64,000 nucleotides of DNA, from positions 186,001-250,000 of the forward strand of contig NW_003314317.1 in NCBI RefSeq assembly GCF_000143415.4, given 5' to 3'. The DNA is from Selaginella moellendorffii. Lineage: Eukaryota > Plantae > Lycopodiophyta. Shown piece by piece: positions 27,615 to 40,420 of this stretch (position 1 is the first letter of the stretch; each line of letters begins with the position of its first letter). Made by a program: the position numbers and the translations under genes. The notes beneath the pieces are model-generated. The model worked only from the letters and a program-made list of their open reading frames with translations. It was not told where the DNA came from and searched no databases.

Positions 27615-29783
27615 GAGATGGCAAAGGTAGGGCATAAACGAACCAAGGCGAAGATGGGATCTTCTCCAGAGCTGGAGCCTCCGGTCGAACAAAAGGCTAT
27701 GGATGAGGAATCCTTGCATGAGGAAGACTCCAGTGAGGAAACTTCCAAACATGAGTTCGGTGGTGAGGTTCGGTCGTTCAAAGCTTGATTAGATGTTCTA
27801 AAAGGATAATTGGCTCAGATCAATGCCCTGCTGGAGACTCTCGTACGCAACCTAAAATGTGACGAGAAGCGGAAGAAAAAGTGAAAGACTACAAATGCTG
27901 GCAGCGTAGAAGGCATGGACCCCTTTGTGTGGACTGAGGCGGAACCAAACAAGGTTGAATAAACTGAAGTGAAATTAGTCCTTAAGTAGTTCCCAAGTAC
28001 AAACCAAAGCCCTCACCGGTCTTCAAGGGAGTGAATGATTATAAGGTGGTGGAGGATTAGTTTTATGATATGGAGGATTATTTCCAAGTGTTGCAATTAC
28101 TGAGCTCGGAAAAGGTCCCATATGTAAAACCATACTTGGCAAATAATGCCAAGTCTTGGTGGAGAACAATAGAAGCCAATGAAGGACCGGTGGCCACTTA
28201 GGAAGTGATGAAAGTGAGGATCTACATGACTTACATTCCTCTGAATACTACTCTGCACCTAAAGGATGAGCTGAGTAGGCTAAAGCAAACCGGACCCATT
28301 CAAGAGTATGTGAATGGGTTTATGGCAAAGAGGACACTTGTCACGGATATGGGTGATATAAATGCATTCCATGCCTTCATATCAAGCTTGCAAACCTGGG
28401 CTCGCAGCGAGGTGATGCGTTGGAATCGACCAACTACAAGGAAGCGTTAGATGCAGCTATCAAGGTGCATTTCAATGATAACTTGCAAAAGGGGAACACG
28501 ATAGAGTCAAGGTTCACGTTTAACATAGTGGCCAAACCAAGGGGGGCATATGGCAAAGGGAAATTCAAGAAGAGTTTTTCTAAGAATGAGTCCTTGGAGT
28601 GCCGGAAAGGTAGATTTAGTGGCCAACGAGTAAGTATGTGGGGGAGTCAAGTGAAAAGAGAAAAACCTACAGATAAAAAGGTCAAGTTTGCTAGTAGCGT
28701 GGGAAATAATGTATGCTTTAACTGCAGTGAAGCTGGACACTTTTCAAGGGAATGTCCATACCTAAAGAAGCTAAAAGCCAATATGGCCTTTAAGTCGGGT
28801 GAAATTCAAATTGAGATAAGTGATTCAGAACTCAAAGTTACTTATTACACAAACAACTTTGGTAAATAATCATTTGCGACATGTACTAGCCCTTCAAGGG
28901 AAGCTCGAAGGTAGTTTTGTTAAGATCCTTATTGACACAAGTGCTTCGGATAATTTTGTGGCTGCAAATATATCTAGCAAGCCAAACTAACAGTGCAGCG
29001 GTTGGGTGAACCAAGGACTATAGAGTTTATTCAAGGTTGCCAAAGTACCGATAAGGTACTTCGACAAGCAAGAGCCAAAATAGGGATATGGAAAGTAGAT
29101 ATGGATTTCCCCATGTTGGACATAGTGGGATTTGACATAATCTTTGGGATGGATTGGTTCAATCGGTTCATGGTAGCCCTACATAGACAAAGTAAAAACA
29201 ATACCCTTTACCAAGGATTGAGGACTTGTTCGATAAGTTAGGAAAGGTGAAATACTTCTTGAGGATCAACCTAAGGTCAAGATACTACCAGATCAGAGTA
29301 GCAAAGGAAGACGTTGAGAAGACAACATGTCAAACAACGTATGGAAGCTAAGTTTCTAGTGATGCCCTTTAGGCTATGCAATGCACCAACAATATTCTTG
29401 GCACTGATGAACCACATTTTTGTACCCTATCTAGATCATTTCGTGGTTGTCTATATTGACAACATCTTGATCTATAGCAAGACGCTAGAGGAGCATGCCA
29501 AACACTTGACGAAGGTGTTTGAGAAACTAAGAGAACACTAATTGTATGCTAAAAAGAGCAAATGTGACATTTTTTAACAAGAGGTAAAGTTTCTCAGGCA
29601 TGTGGTGGGCAAGCATGGGCTCAAGGTGGACCCTGAGAAGGTCCAAACGATTTAGAAATGGGAACGACTATCGAATGTACATGAGTTAAGGGCATTCTTG
29701 GGGCTATGCAACTACTACCAAAAGTTTATCAAACACTATTTGAGAGTAGCCTTGCCTTTAATGGACTAACGGGAAAAGGGAAG

Positions 29784-30921
29784 TGTAAGGAACCAACTCG
29801 CCGAAGTGTCGTAGGCTAAAGGAACCCCGAAAGCATGACCAAAATGACAAAGAGTTCATCGGATGGGACTAAGTAGAAGATCGAGTCCAAGACCGACTCG
29901 GAGACCGAGTTCGAGATAGAGTCCGGAATCGAGTCTGAGGCCGACTTGGGGACCGAGTTCGAGACCGAGTTCGAGACCGAGTTCGAGACGGAGTCCGAGA
30001 TCCGAAATCGGGTCCAAGACCGAGTCCGAGGTCGAGTCCGAGGTTGGGTCCGAGATCGAGTCCGAGATCGAGTCCGAGACCGAATCCGAAGTCGGATCCG
30101 AAATCGGGTCCGAGATCGAGCCAGAGACTAAGTCCAAATACTAATACGGGTCAAGGGGTGAAAGCCCAAAGCGTGCGTCTCCCAGGGGGCGGGGGGGCTG
30201 CAGGGGGTTCCAAAAGTATAGTAGGGATAGTGAGGTCCAGGAAATAGTTTAGAAGGGACTCTCCAGTGGGCCTCCCAAACTGACTTGAGGTTGGGACTGG
30301 GACCAAGGGGCCTTGGGTGGGAGTGAGCATGGACTTGGTTGGTGCCGGAGGGGCCACCCAAGGAAGTGCTCAAGAGCAGCTCCCACTCCCGAAAGGGAAA
30401 CCGATTGCGGTGCTCCCGGCTCATGTGGAGTGGTGCCCCACTTGAGTACCATGCGGCTCATTGGTCCTCGCCCTTCCTAGGGGATTAGGCCTTCCTTCGG
30501 GATGGAAGTGGGGGGGTAGAGGTACCCATACCAGGCCGCTAGGCCACGGTGTTTCGCCCCGGCATCCCGAAGCAAGTGTTGCACTCAAGACTTGGGATTT
30601 AGAGGGTCCCATGATCAAGTCTTGTGGTACCAAGGGATGTTAGGAACCTGGAAGCTTGGTGTGCTTGGCTACTTGTGCTTGCGGGGAATGTAGCCGAACC
30701 TTAAGTCCAGTCTAACCCGGGTAGGGGGATTGGGAGTGATTTGGGAATCCGTGGATGGATGGCTAACACTCCGTTGCTTGTGCAGTGAGTAGCTAAAACC
30801 AAGTAGGAGCTGGTACCATAGGCGAGAACCTTGGCAAGGGAACTTAGCAAAAGCCAAGGCAGTGTTAGACGGATAGACGAGGTAAGCTAGCAAATTGGAA
30901 AGGAAAAATTTGTGGCTTACA
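29784..30921 (+). repeat. 5' LTR of copy B
   Basis: TGTAAGGAACC...GGCTTACA; contains a degenerate CGAG-based hexamer array. Confidence 0.95.
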
Positions 30922-30980
30922 ATTTGGTATTAGAGCCTTTTCCTCAGTTCTAGCGAAGGATAGAGGCGGATTGCTAGGAG

Positions 30981-32767
30981 ATGGCAAGGGTAGGGCGTAA
31001 GCAAACCCAGGCGGAGACGGAACCTCCGCCGGAGCTGGAGCCTCCGGTTGAACAGGCTATGGATGAGGAATCCTTGCATGAGGAGGACTCTAGTGAGGAA
31101 ACTTCCAAACAGGAGTCCGGTGGCGAGGTTCGGTCGTCCAAGGCTCGATTGGATGTGCTAGAAGGACAGTTGGCACAGACCAATGCCTTGCTGGAAACTC
31201 TCGTACGCAAGCTAAAGCGTGACGAGAGGCGGAAGAAAAAGAGAAAGACTGCGGATGCTGGCAGCGCAGAAGGTGCGGACCTTTCGGTAGGGACTGAGGC
31301 AAAACCAGACAAGGTCGAACAGACCGAAGTAGAATCAGTCCCTCAGGCAGTTCCCAAGTACAAACCAAAGCCCCCACCGGTCTTTAAGGGAGTGAATGAC
31401 TATAAGGTGGTGGAGGATTGGTTTTACGATATGAAGGACTACTTCCGAGTGTTGCGATTACCGAGCTCGGAGAAAATCCCATGTGCAAAACCATACTTGG
31501 CAGATAATGCCAAGTCTTGGTGGAGAACGACAGAGGCCAACAAAGGACCGGTGGCCACTTGGGAAATGATGAAGGCGAGGATCCGCGCAACATACGTTCC
31601 TCCGAATGCCACTCTGCATCTGAGAGATGAGCTGAGTAGGCTGAAGCAGACTGGAACCATCCAAGAATATGTGAATGGGTTCATGCCAAAGAGGATATTT
31701 GTCACAGACATGGGGGATATAGATGCATTCCATGCCTTCATATCGGGTTTGCAAACCTGGGCTCGCGGTGAGGTGATGCACTAGAACCCGACCAACTACA
31801 AGGAAGCATTGGATGCGGCCATCAAGGTGCATTTTAACGATAACCTGTGAAAGGGGAACACGACGGGGTCGGGATCCACGTTTAGCAAAGGGGCCAAACC
31901 AAGAGGAACGTTTAGCAGGGGGAAATTCAAGAAGAGTTTCTCTAAGAATGAGTCCTTGGGGTTCCGGAAAGGCAAATCCAGTGGCCAGCGAGCGAGTACG
32001 TGGGGGAGTCAAGCGAAAAGAGACAAACCCATGGATAAAAAAGTCAAATCGTATAGCAGCGTGGGAAACAACGTATGCTACAACTGCGGTGAAGCGGGAC
32101 ACTTTTCGAGGGAATGTCCCTACCCGAAGAAGGCCAGAGCCAATATGGCCATCAAGTCGGGTGAAGTCCAAACTGAGGTATGTGATCCAGTCCCTAACTC
32201 AAAGTTACTCATTACACGAGCAACTTTGGTAGAGAGTCGTTCGTGACATCTACTAGCCCTCCGAGGGAAGCTCGGAGGTAGCTTTGTTAAGATCCTTATT
32301 GACACGGGTGCTTCGGATAATTTTGTGGCTACAGACATAGTCCAACAAGCTGGACTAACGGTGCAGCGGCTAGGCGAACCAAGGACTATAGAGTTTGTTC
32401 AAGGTAGCCAAAGCACCGATGAGGTACTTCGACAAGAAAGAGTCGAAGTAGGGACTTGGAAAGTAGACATGGACTTCACCGTGTTGGACATGGCGGGATT
32501 TGACGTGATCTTCGGGATGGACTGGTTCAATCGATTCGTGGTAGCCCTACATGGACAAGGTAGGAACCTTGTGGTACTGGCGAATGCCCAAGGAAGAAAA
32601 TCCAGGGTGGAGGCCCAGGATCTAAAGGTAGGGCAATGCAAGGCCAAAGATTCGTGCGTGAACCTGATGTCCACAAGAGGACAACTCACTAAAGGGACTA
32701 AGGCTGCATTTTTGTGCTTACTCTCGGTGAAGAGTGACAAAAAGACTGGAACGGAAGAAGTACCTTT
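30981..32767 (+). pseudogene. gag: gag (CCHC zinc knuckle) and aspartic protease of copy B, with stops
   Basis: CYNCGEAGHFSREC; LIDTGAS; colinear with the long ORF at 57734. Confidence 0.9.
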
Positions 32768-33198
32768 AAGCTCTATTTCGTTAAAGTGGGAATTGTCATT
32801 ATCCCACTTGTAAAATAAGGTTTCCAAACCTTTATATAGTATATAAATATAACAAAATTCAACTGCATTGAGGCACATGCCATTTTATTTTAAACAAGGA
32901 AATGTCTACTCAATCACTTCTCACTGCTTCACCTCTCTCTTCTCCTTGTCATTGTCGTCCAATTTCTTTCCATCCTTTTAATATTGGCTCAGTTGCTCCG
33001 AGTCTAGGTGGAGCCCAAGTCCCCATTCAATCTTTACTTTCCCCTTATTAATAAAACAACTTCGTAGACTTCCAATAACATGCTGTAACACTTCTAGTAT
33101 AATGCAAATCCTCTCAAAGAATTGTCTTTTAATATTAATACAATGGCATGGAACCCCATGCCATAATAAGTTACATTTTTAAATAAATACATGCCATC

Positions 33199-36100
33199 TC
33201 AGACTGTTATTTTTTGCCTCCAACGCCTATACAATAATCTTGGAATTTCATCACTCTCCACACTATCAGGATTTAAACCCAATAGTAATGCCATCTCTTC
33301 TCTAATACGTCCACGCTCATGTTCAGTGGTCGAAGAACCCATCCGGTTGAGCAGATTATGGAGATGCGGATAGTGCTTGGCTAGACAATATACATGCCAT
33401 AAATGATGACTGGTGTCTGTCCGATCAAATGGCTTCTGATATACCATTCCATCTGCCATTTGGTTGATTTCTGCAGCCACCTCCTGGACTGGCCGGTTCT
33501 CTATCACCATCGCTCCAAGCTGTTTTGCAAGGTCCCCCAGAACATACGGTTTCTTCTCCCTAGTTTCCATACTGCAAGAGATGGGGTGCACTGCATATGT
33601 GTGCGTGTTCGCTGCAGTTTTAATCGGCGAGTCATCGATGATGAGGATTTCACTTGACCTAGCAGTCCGGTTCATCACTACAGCCTTTGGCTTGACGAAG
33701 ATGGGCTTGCTACCCCTCACATGGACCATAGTCAAGCAATCCTCCTGCGTTAGGAGAAAGTCAAATGGTAATATTACTCGCGTCTGATCGTGCATCATCT
33801 GTAGCAACGTTAATGCATTGTGGCGCATCATGGATGTCCAAACTCCCAATTGCAAATTGAACCCGGCCCTCTGTTTTAAGTGTCGCATGGTCATTATTAG
33901 ATCCCGCAGTTTCTCCCGTGTGATTAATGTGAATCTGTCTCTTTTGACCAACTTGCGACCGCAGGCTTTGGAGGGTGCAGTGACATTCGAGGACGAGCCA
34001 CGCTCATGGGAGAAAAGGACACCGTTCAGATCAAAAACGATACAGTACTTTCGCCGTGACTCTGAAATGAAATGCGTTAGCATAAAAAATGGTACAAGTC
34101 AATTTTACCATCTACAATATTAGCGAATGGTGCTCCCGATGGTCGTTCAGAGGGTTTTGGTCGAGGAAACGTGAAGGGCGGAAATACTCTCCTCTGCAAT
34201 GTGGGGTCAATCGCATCCGATGGCGTGTGGGCACATGCCATTTCAGCTGTAGACTCTGGTACAACTGGCTCAACAGTGGCATGGGGTGGTTCCGATGGCG
34301 TGTGATCACACGCCATTTCAGCTGGTGCCTCCGTTGGCAAAGTGGACATGACCGAACAGGCAGCAGGGGCGGTGTAGGGAGGTTCCAACGGCGCGTAGTC
34401 AGACGATTGGGCACACGTTGGAAATGAGGATACGACCGGCTCGGCGGCTGGGGCGGCCTCATGCGGGTCCAATGGCGCCTGGTCACCGTCAGTTGGATAC
34501 GTGGACAAGATTGACTCAGTGGTATGGGCAGCATCAAGTGGAGCGTGGTCAGCTTGCTTGGCGTTGATATGGATAGTAGCCTCCACCAGCTCTGATGACT
34601 CTTGCAGGCAAGTAGAGTCCACTGGTGGATCCATATGCATGTCCAAATATCTCCCTTCGATTGAGATGGTATCCTCCCGTGCTACTAAAAACAAACTCAT
34701 TAGCACATTGAATCGACTATACTGTATTTACCATCAACTGCTATTGAGGAACTAGGACCGATATCACTTGGGCGCACTGCTGATTCTGAAGGATTGGACA
34801 TACGTTTCGACCCTTGCTTGGCACTATCCTTCCTCGACACTAAAGGCTAGAGTTTGTATCTTAATTCAACTGAATAATCTCTACTTACCATTTCTTCTGC
34901 GACCTACATGGACAATGTTAGAAATGGTAAAAGGTTAGGAATGGATGTACTATTATTTACCTGATGGTTTGTCTTGTATGACCTTCCTCCGCTGCTCTTT
35001 GGCCACCTCAGGCTGGCCATCATCGTCATCATCGTCATCGTCGTTATTGTGATCGTCAGCATTGTGAGGACCATCCAAGTCCTCTTCGTCCTCCTCTTCT
35101 TCGTCCTCCTCTTCTTCGTCCTCCTCTTCGTCCTTCTGCTCTTCCTGCTCATTATCTTTCTCTGGCTCCTCATCCCCCTCTTGCATTTCTTCCATAGGCT
35201 GCTCAGGCTGGATTGCTTGTTTTTCCAGGACCATCTTGGAAAAATCATCTGGCCGAGTCTCCATCTCAAAATACAAGACATCCATAGCCTGTTTTAGTGC
35301 GTGACCTAGGACCGTATCCTCACCCGACTGTCTTAACATGGTTTCTGCACGTTCTTGCACCCTTCGAAGACGACGAGATGAGAAAAACGTGGCCCTGACT
35401 TGAAAAGCATCCCTCATCCATTGTACCTCTCCATTGAGATTGGGGAAGGGGAGTCCGCCATAGGAATCTGAGTCAGAAGGTGGTGACTGGCTCCTTTCAC
35501 TCAGCCCTTGATCTGCAATGAATGGCATGAGCACACACGCCATAACCGCGAGGCATTACCTATCATCTTTTCGTTGCCCTTCTTCCTTTTCGAATCAAAC
35601 GCCTCTGATCCCGACGACTGTCCAACGTGCTTTCGCTTTTTATGACCACTGTCAGTTTGAGCTTGGCTGGTGCTTGCCTGTTTTGCCTTTGAAGAAGTGT
35701 CTCTTGCAAGGAATGGCATGAGACCACACGCCATTGCAAATATAATTTGTACCTCCTTTTTTCCTATTGCTTGTCTGTTTGTCCTTCTTCGACGCGCCAC
35801 CAGTGCGCTTTTCAGTCCTCGTGTCTGAATATTCACAACGATCTATAATCAAAATGGCGTGAGGCCTCACGTGACCTTACCTTGTGCAGGTTGTGACCTC
35901 GGCCTAACATCAGTAGCTGTTAACGCCGTTTCAGCATCTGGGGGTGGCCACGCTCCTGCATACAGAGCTTGTGAGATAACATTTAAACTTAAAGTGCGTA
36001 CTCACCAGGTTCGTAGAGAAGATACTGTTTTTCTTTGGCAACTATAATTATATGCTCCATTGAAGTCACCTCTTCAATGGAGTTTGTCACCGCAACACAC

Positions 36101-38789
36101 GGGACACCCTTGAGTAGTGCGGCTCGAAAGAATAGTCCGCCGCAGTTGTACTCGACAACGCATTTGCCCTTGGAGTCACCCGCTATTGCGTTGAAGACCC
36201 AGCTGAGCATTTCCCATGCTGCACCTGGAGCTTTCTTTGGATTCGAAAGCTCCATAGCCGTCTTCAGTTCCTCAGGCACGGGTAAATTGACCTCCCTCAG
36301 ATCAATTCGATCGGCTTTGTTGAACGAAGCTGGGAAGTCACTCCAGTCCCACTCTGCTGCAGGACCAATAACAAGGGCGACTGTGAAGATGCGGACATTC
36401 GTCGGTATCTTCTTCTTAGCCATTATCCCATGGATCTCCCGCATCTCCTTGCCTTTCAACCGAGCCTTCACCTCGTTCAAGGCCTTCCAGAACTTGTGAT
36501 AGGATTCGGAGTCGTAGATCATATAGTGGACTGAAGATTCCACCTCCGCAAGTCCCACCATTAAGTCAATGATGGAGCTGACTTCGTCTGCATGAGTGAT
36601 CTCCTCGTTTGTGAAGTCCATCACACAAAAGATGTTCTTGACCTGCTCATCTCCGCGGGAAACGATGCTCCTCCACCTTTGATCCTCATCCGAATTCACG
36701 TATACCCGGTAAGGTTCTCGATAGGCCTCTGCTGCGGGGTCGAGCTGTTTCTGAAGCCGGCGGTCGACATCCCTCTTAATGAAATTTGGATACTGATCCA
36801 ACTTCTCAGCTTTACTTTTCGTGGCATCCTGCAGCAGATCGATGAACTTGGGGGCCCCCTTCACGTACTCGTCGATGTCTTCATTTGACAAGTCCAGCTC
36901 TTCCATCATCTCTTGCGTGGTGTCGATGCTCACCCTCGCCACGGCCACTTGCTCGAAGATCCAATCCTTCAATAGCGCACGAGCTCTCAGAGTCGTGCAC
37001 AAGTCCTCGTATGTCACAATATGGCCGGGAGTCATTTTGGTCTTGTTGAAGACTACCTCACCAAGTAGAAGAGCATTAGCCACTGTCAGAAGGTCGTCGT
37101 CGTCTAGAGACCGCGAGAAACGCAAGGCGTTGAGCTTCAAATCATTGGGCTTCCGGCCGTCCTCCACACCCATTGAGTTTAGCAACTCCCCGTCATGGTA
37201 CCTCCTTAGCACATCTACCCATTTGTCAAAAACAACTTTTGTCGCGAGTAGAATGTTATGGATGCTGAGTGTGTCATTGACCCCCAGTGTTTTCGAGAGA
37301 AGACTCGAGAATTCCTGCAATGGAAATGGCGTGAGGCCACATGCTATGCCACATGCAACGAGGCTTACCTGCCAGGCGCTAGTTGCTAGTGCACGTCCTT
37401 GTCCTGGTTTTTGTGGCTTCTTCAGTTGAACCCAGAGCTTCCGTGTTCGTGCCAATGTCTCGTGCAGACCCGATTTGTAGCACGTTTCTTGCTTGACATT
37501 CTGCGCGTGGGAGATGTATATGATAGATCGGAGGGGCGAGTTGCCTTTTATCAGGCGGACAACTCTTGTCTTGAAGACTTTCTTCACCTCCTCGCCCACC
37601 ATAATATCCACAACTATCTGTTGCATCGCCAAGCTAGAATGCTGCCCGGAGACGGCATAGAACCGGATGTTCTGATCGTCCAACACCTTCCTATTGATCA
37701 AGTCTGGAAACCTCGTCTCGCCCTTCATTGTTCGGTAGTAGGGGATCACGTCTGCGATGTCGGGTGTTACTGGACTTGCCAGCATCTTCTGCTTCAGTTT
37801 CTCCACCCACTCATCAGATACTAGCCTGTGGTTGTATTTGCTTTGGATCTCGATACGGCTCACGTCGATTGTATATACTTTGTTGGAATAGTAACAAGTA
37901 CTATTATCTGCGACGATTTTTGCTGCCTCTTCTTGCTCTTTTTGCTCTTTGCGGCTCTTCTTTTTGGTGGGTGTAGTGTTCGAACCCGAGGCAATGGCAT
38001 CACCGAGTAGCTTCTTTTTTGGAGCAGCAGAGTCGGACGTCGGCTTGAGCTTGACCACCCTTTTCTGCTTCGGGGTAGTTTCCAGATCGACCCCCTTCCC
38101 CTTCGCTTCGCAAACTGGAGGCACTCTCAACGGCTCAATGTTGGAATATAGTTTTTGAACATCGCCGTAGGTGAGGTCCGTGGATTCCATGTGATCTTCA
38201 TAGACCCGCAGCGTCTTTGAAATTGTGGGCCTCCTGGACAACCTCTCCCTAGCTCCCTCTAGGAATTCCTCATAGCCGCTGCCCCCCTCCGGGAAGCCGC
38301 TAGGATGTGCAAGGTGGATCTTGAAGGCGGACGCTGTCTCTACCACAAGTGCCAGTCCATATTCTTGCATGGAACTACATGGAGTGTCTGTCACTTGGAT
38401 GAGGATCCCCATGCATTCTTTTCTCCCACCATCTGTGTTGTACAGCATCAGATCCTCGCCTTCCATCCCGAAAGTCCAACTGGTGAGCTCCTCCCCCTTC
38501 TCTGCATCCACATTGACAGTGGCTGGAAGAAGAACGCAATTCCTCGCCTGTTCAAAAATGCACAACAATTAGAGCTGACAGATGAAAAGCTAGCAGCTGG
38601 AAATAACGTGAGGCCACACGCCATTCACCACTGCATCAGATGTCTTGAGGCTGCATCCTAAGATGGCGTGAGGCTACACGCCATCTGTAACCGGACTGCA
38701 CTCGAGAGCCCAATCGGTGCATGCCAATGTTGCTACTAAATGGCATGTGGCCTCATGCCATTTTCTACTTCGTCTAAAAGACTTACCAT
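33199..38789 (-). CDS. Predicted multi-exon cargo protein (~1,600 aa): ParB-like N-domain, degenerate amino-MTase-like region, acidic low-complexity linker, FCP1/NIF HAD-like domain
   Basis: ORFs 35989-38568, 34953-35543, 34077-34706 and 33199-34083 plus small exons join through mostly phase-1 GT-AG introns; in-frame 54-nt intron 37315-37368; candidate ATG 38787-38789 spliced to 38547. Motifs FYAVSGQHS, IVFDLNGVL, VWTS, IIDDSPIK. Confidence 0.7.
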
Positions 38790-40386
38790 TTGAAGCCGAA
38801 TGGAGGCCGTGACAATCGAGGCCGGACTCGCTGGCGAATGTGCACTGTGTGTGCAGCGGATCGTAGCAGCAAGGCTACTCTGCCACTTACAGTTGGAGAG
38901 TGGTGCTGAAATCTCCCGGGACGCCAAGTGGGCTGCGTGTGGGTGGTGGAGTGGGCGGCGGAGTTGGCGGCGAAGTTACAAACTGGGTGTGTCTTGAAGT
39001 GGACGACGATGCACACGAGCGCGATGCGAGCGCGAGTGTGATGCAAGCGCGAGTGGACGCCGATGCACACGAGAAACCTGTAGAGAAGTGAGCGTGATCG
39101 CGAGTGGGAGCGCGATGCGAGCGGGAGCGCGAGTGTGATGCGAGCGCGAGCGCGAGTGTGCGAGCGCGAGTACAAAGCAAAATGCAAAACCTAACTTCAC
39201 ACGCGCGAAATGTCACAACGGTTGGTAATCCCGCCACGTCATCATTCCTCGGACTTGGGCGCCACCATTAATTTCTGGATTGCCGCGCGCATGCAAGCAC
39301 GCAAAATCCAAAAGAAATCCGCAACGTCATCATTCCTCGGACTGCATGCACGCGAAATCCAAAAGAAAGATCATGATTGGGATATCATTTAATACCCTCG
39401 CTATATTTATACCATGCATGATTGGATATTCCAAAGCATCTTGTATTTCCAAAAATGGCAGATGTTCAGCTAAATAAAGAAATTCTATCTGTTTCTATTT
39501 TTCTCTCAAATCAATATTATAGCGTGTGGGCTCATGCAATTTTGAACCAAAGAAACCCAAAAAACGTTGGACCCAAAATATTTTGAAAAAACCCAAAAAA
39601 CCCTAAACATTTTAAACCCAAAAATCCAGGCGTCCTGTGGCGTTATTCCTTGAATGGCGTGTGGGCGCATGCCATTTTCAGGGCCAAATGCTGAATGGAG
39701 AAAAATTCCCTTTCAGTGCAAATGCTGCAAGAGGCAGATGCCGAGCACAAAGGACTGTAACTACCTCACATGACACAGATAAACTTTTCTCTATTTGGCA
39801 AAGATAAACTTTATAGCGTGTGGGCTCATGCAATTTTGAACCCAAAAAATGCACCAAAAAATTCTCGGCGTCATCTGGCATTATCTCTTGAATGGCGTGG
39901 GGCCGCATGCCATTTTCAGGGGCACATAGGAGTATATTCCTAGGATATTCTGACACGCGCGAGATTTTTTTGAGTTTTCTGGAGATCCAACCGTTAGATC
40001 GCAACTAGATTTTACAGAATGGTATACAATGTCTTTCTTGATGACCCTGCAAAGAAGCATCTCAATCGGACACCACATGAGACCACACGAGCCTTACAAT
40101 GTTTCAGGGGCATTTGCCATAGATCCGACCGTTATTTTGCTCCAAGATTTCACAGTTTGGTGTGCATTGACCTTTCCATCGAAACTGCAAAGGGACATCA
40201 CAATCAGATGCGGAATCACAAGAAACTAACTTCACTAACTCTGGTTTCACCAAGATCTACGTAAGGAGTTATGAAATGAAAGGACCCTCTCTATTGAAAT
40301 GTGTTTATGGTCCTAGGGGCATTGTGACATATCAAAGGATTTTGCATCAAGTTCTGTATTTGCATGTTTATCAAGCTACTGAATTG

Positions 40387-40420
40387 CTAAACCCTAAACC
40401 CTAAACCCTAAACCCTAAAC
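40387..40420. repeat. Interstitial plant telomeric repeat (CCCTAAA)4+
   Basis: ctaaaccctaaaccctaaaccctaaaccctaaac. Confidence 0.9.

Noticed and set aside
29856-30643. Short ORFs in LTRs (RVRDRV, SDSISD, LGLEL types), also at 49.4, 53.1, 56.9 and 63.0 kb
   Set aside because: Artefacts of the hexamer array and GC-rich LTR sequence; the frames are not conserved between copies
36050-36720. Calling the cargo an active DNA methyltransferase
   Set aside because: The catalytic (D/S/N)PP(Y/F) and FxGxG motifs are not intact; only fold-level resemblance is claimed
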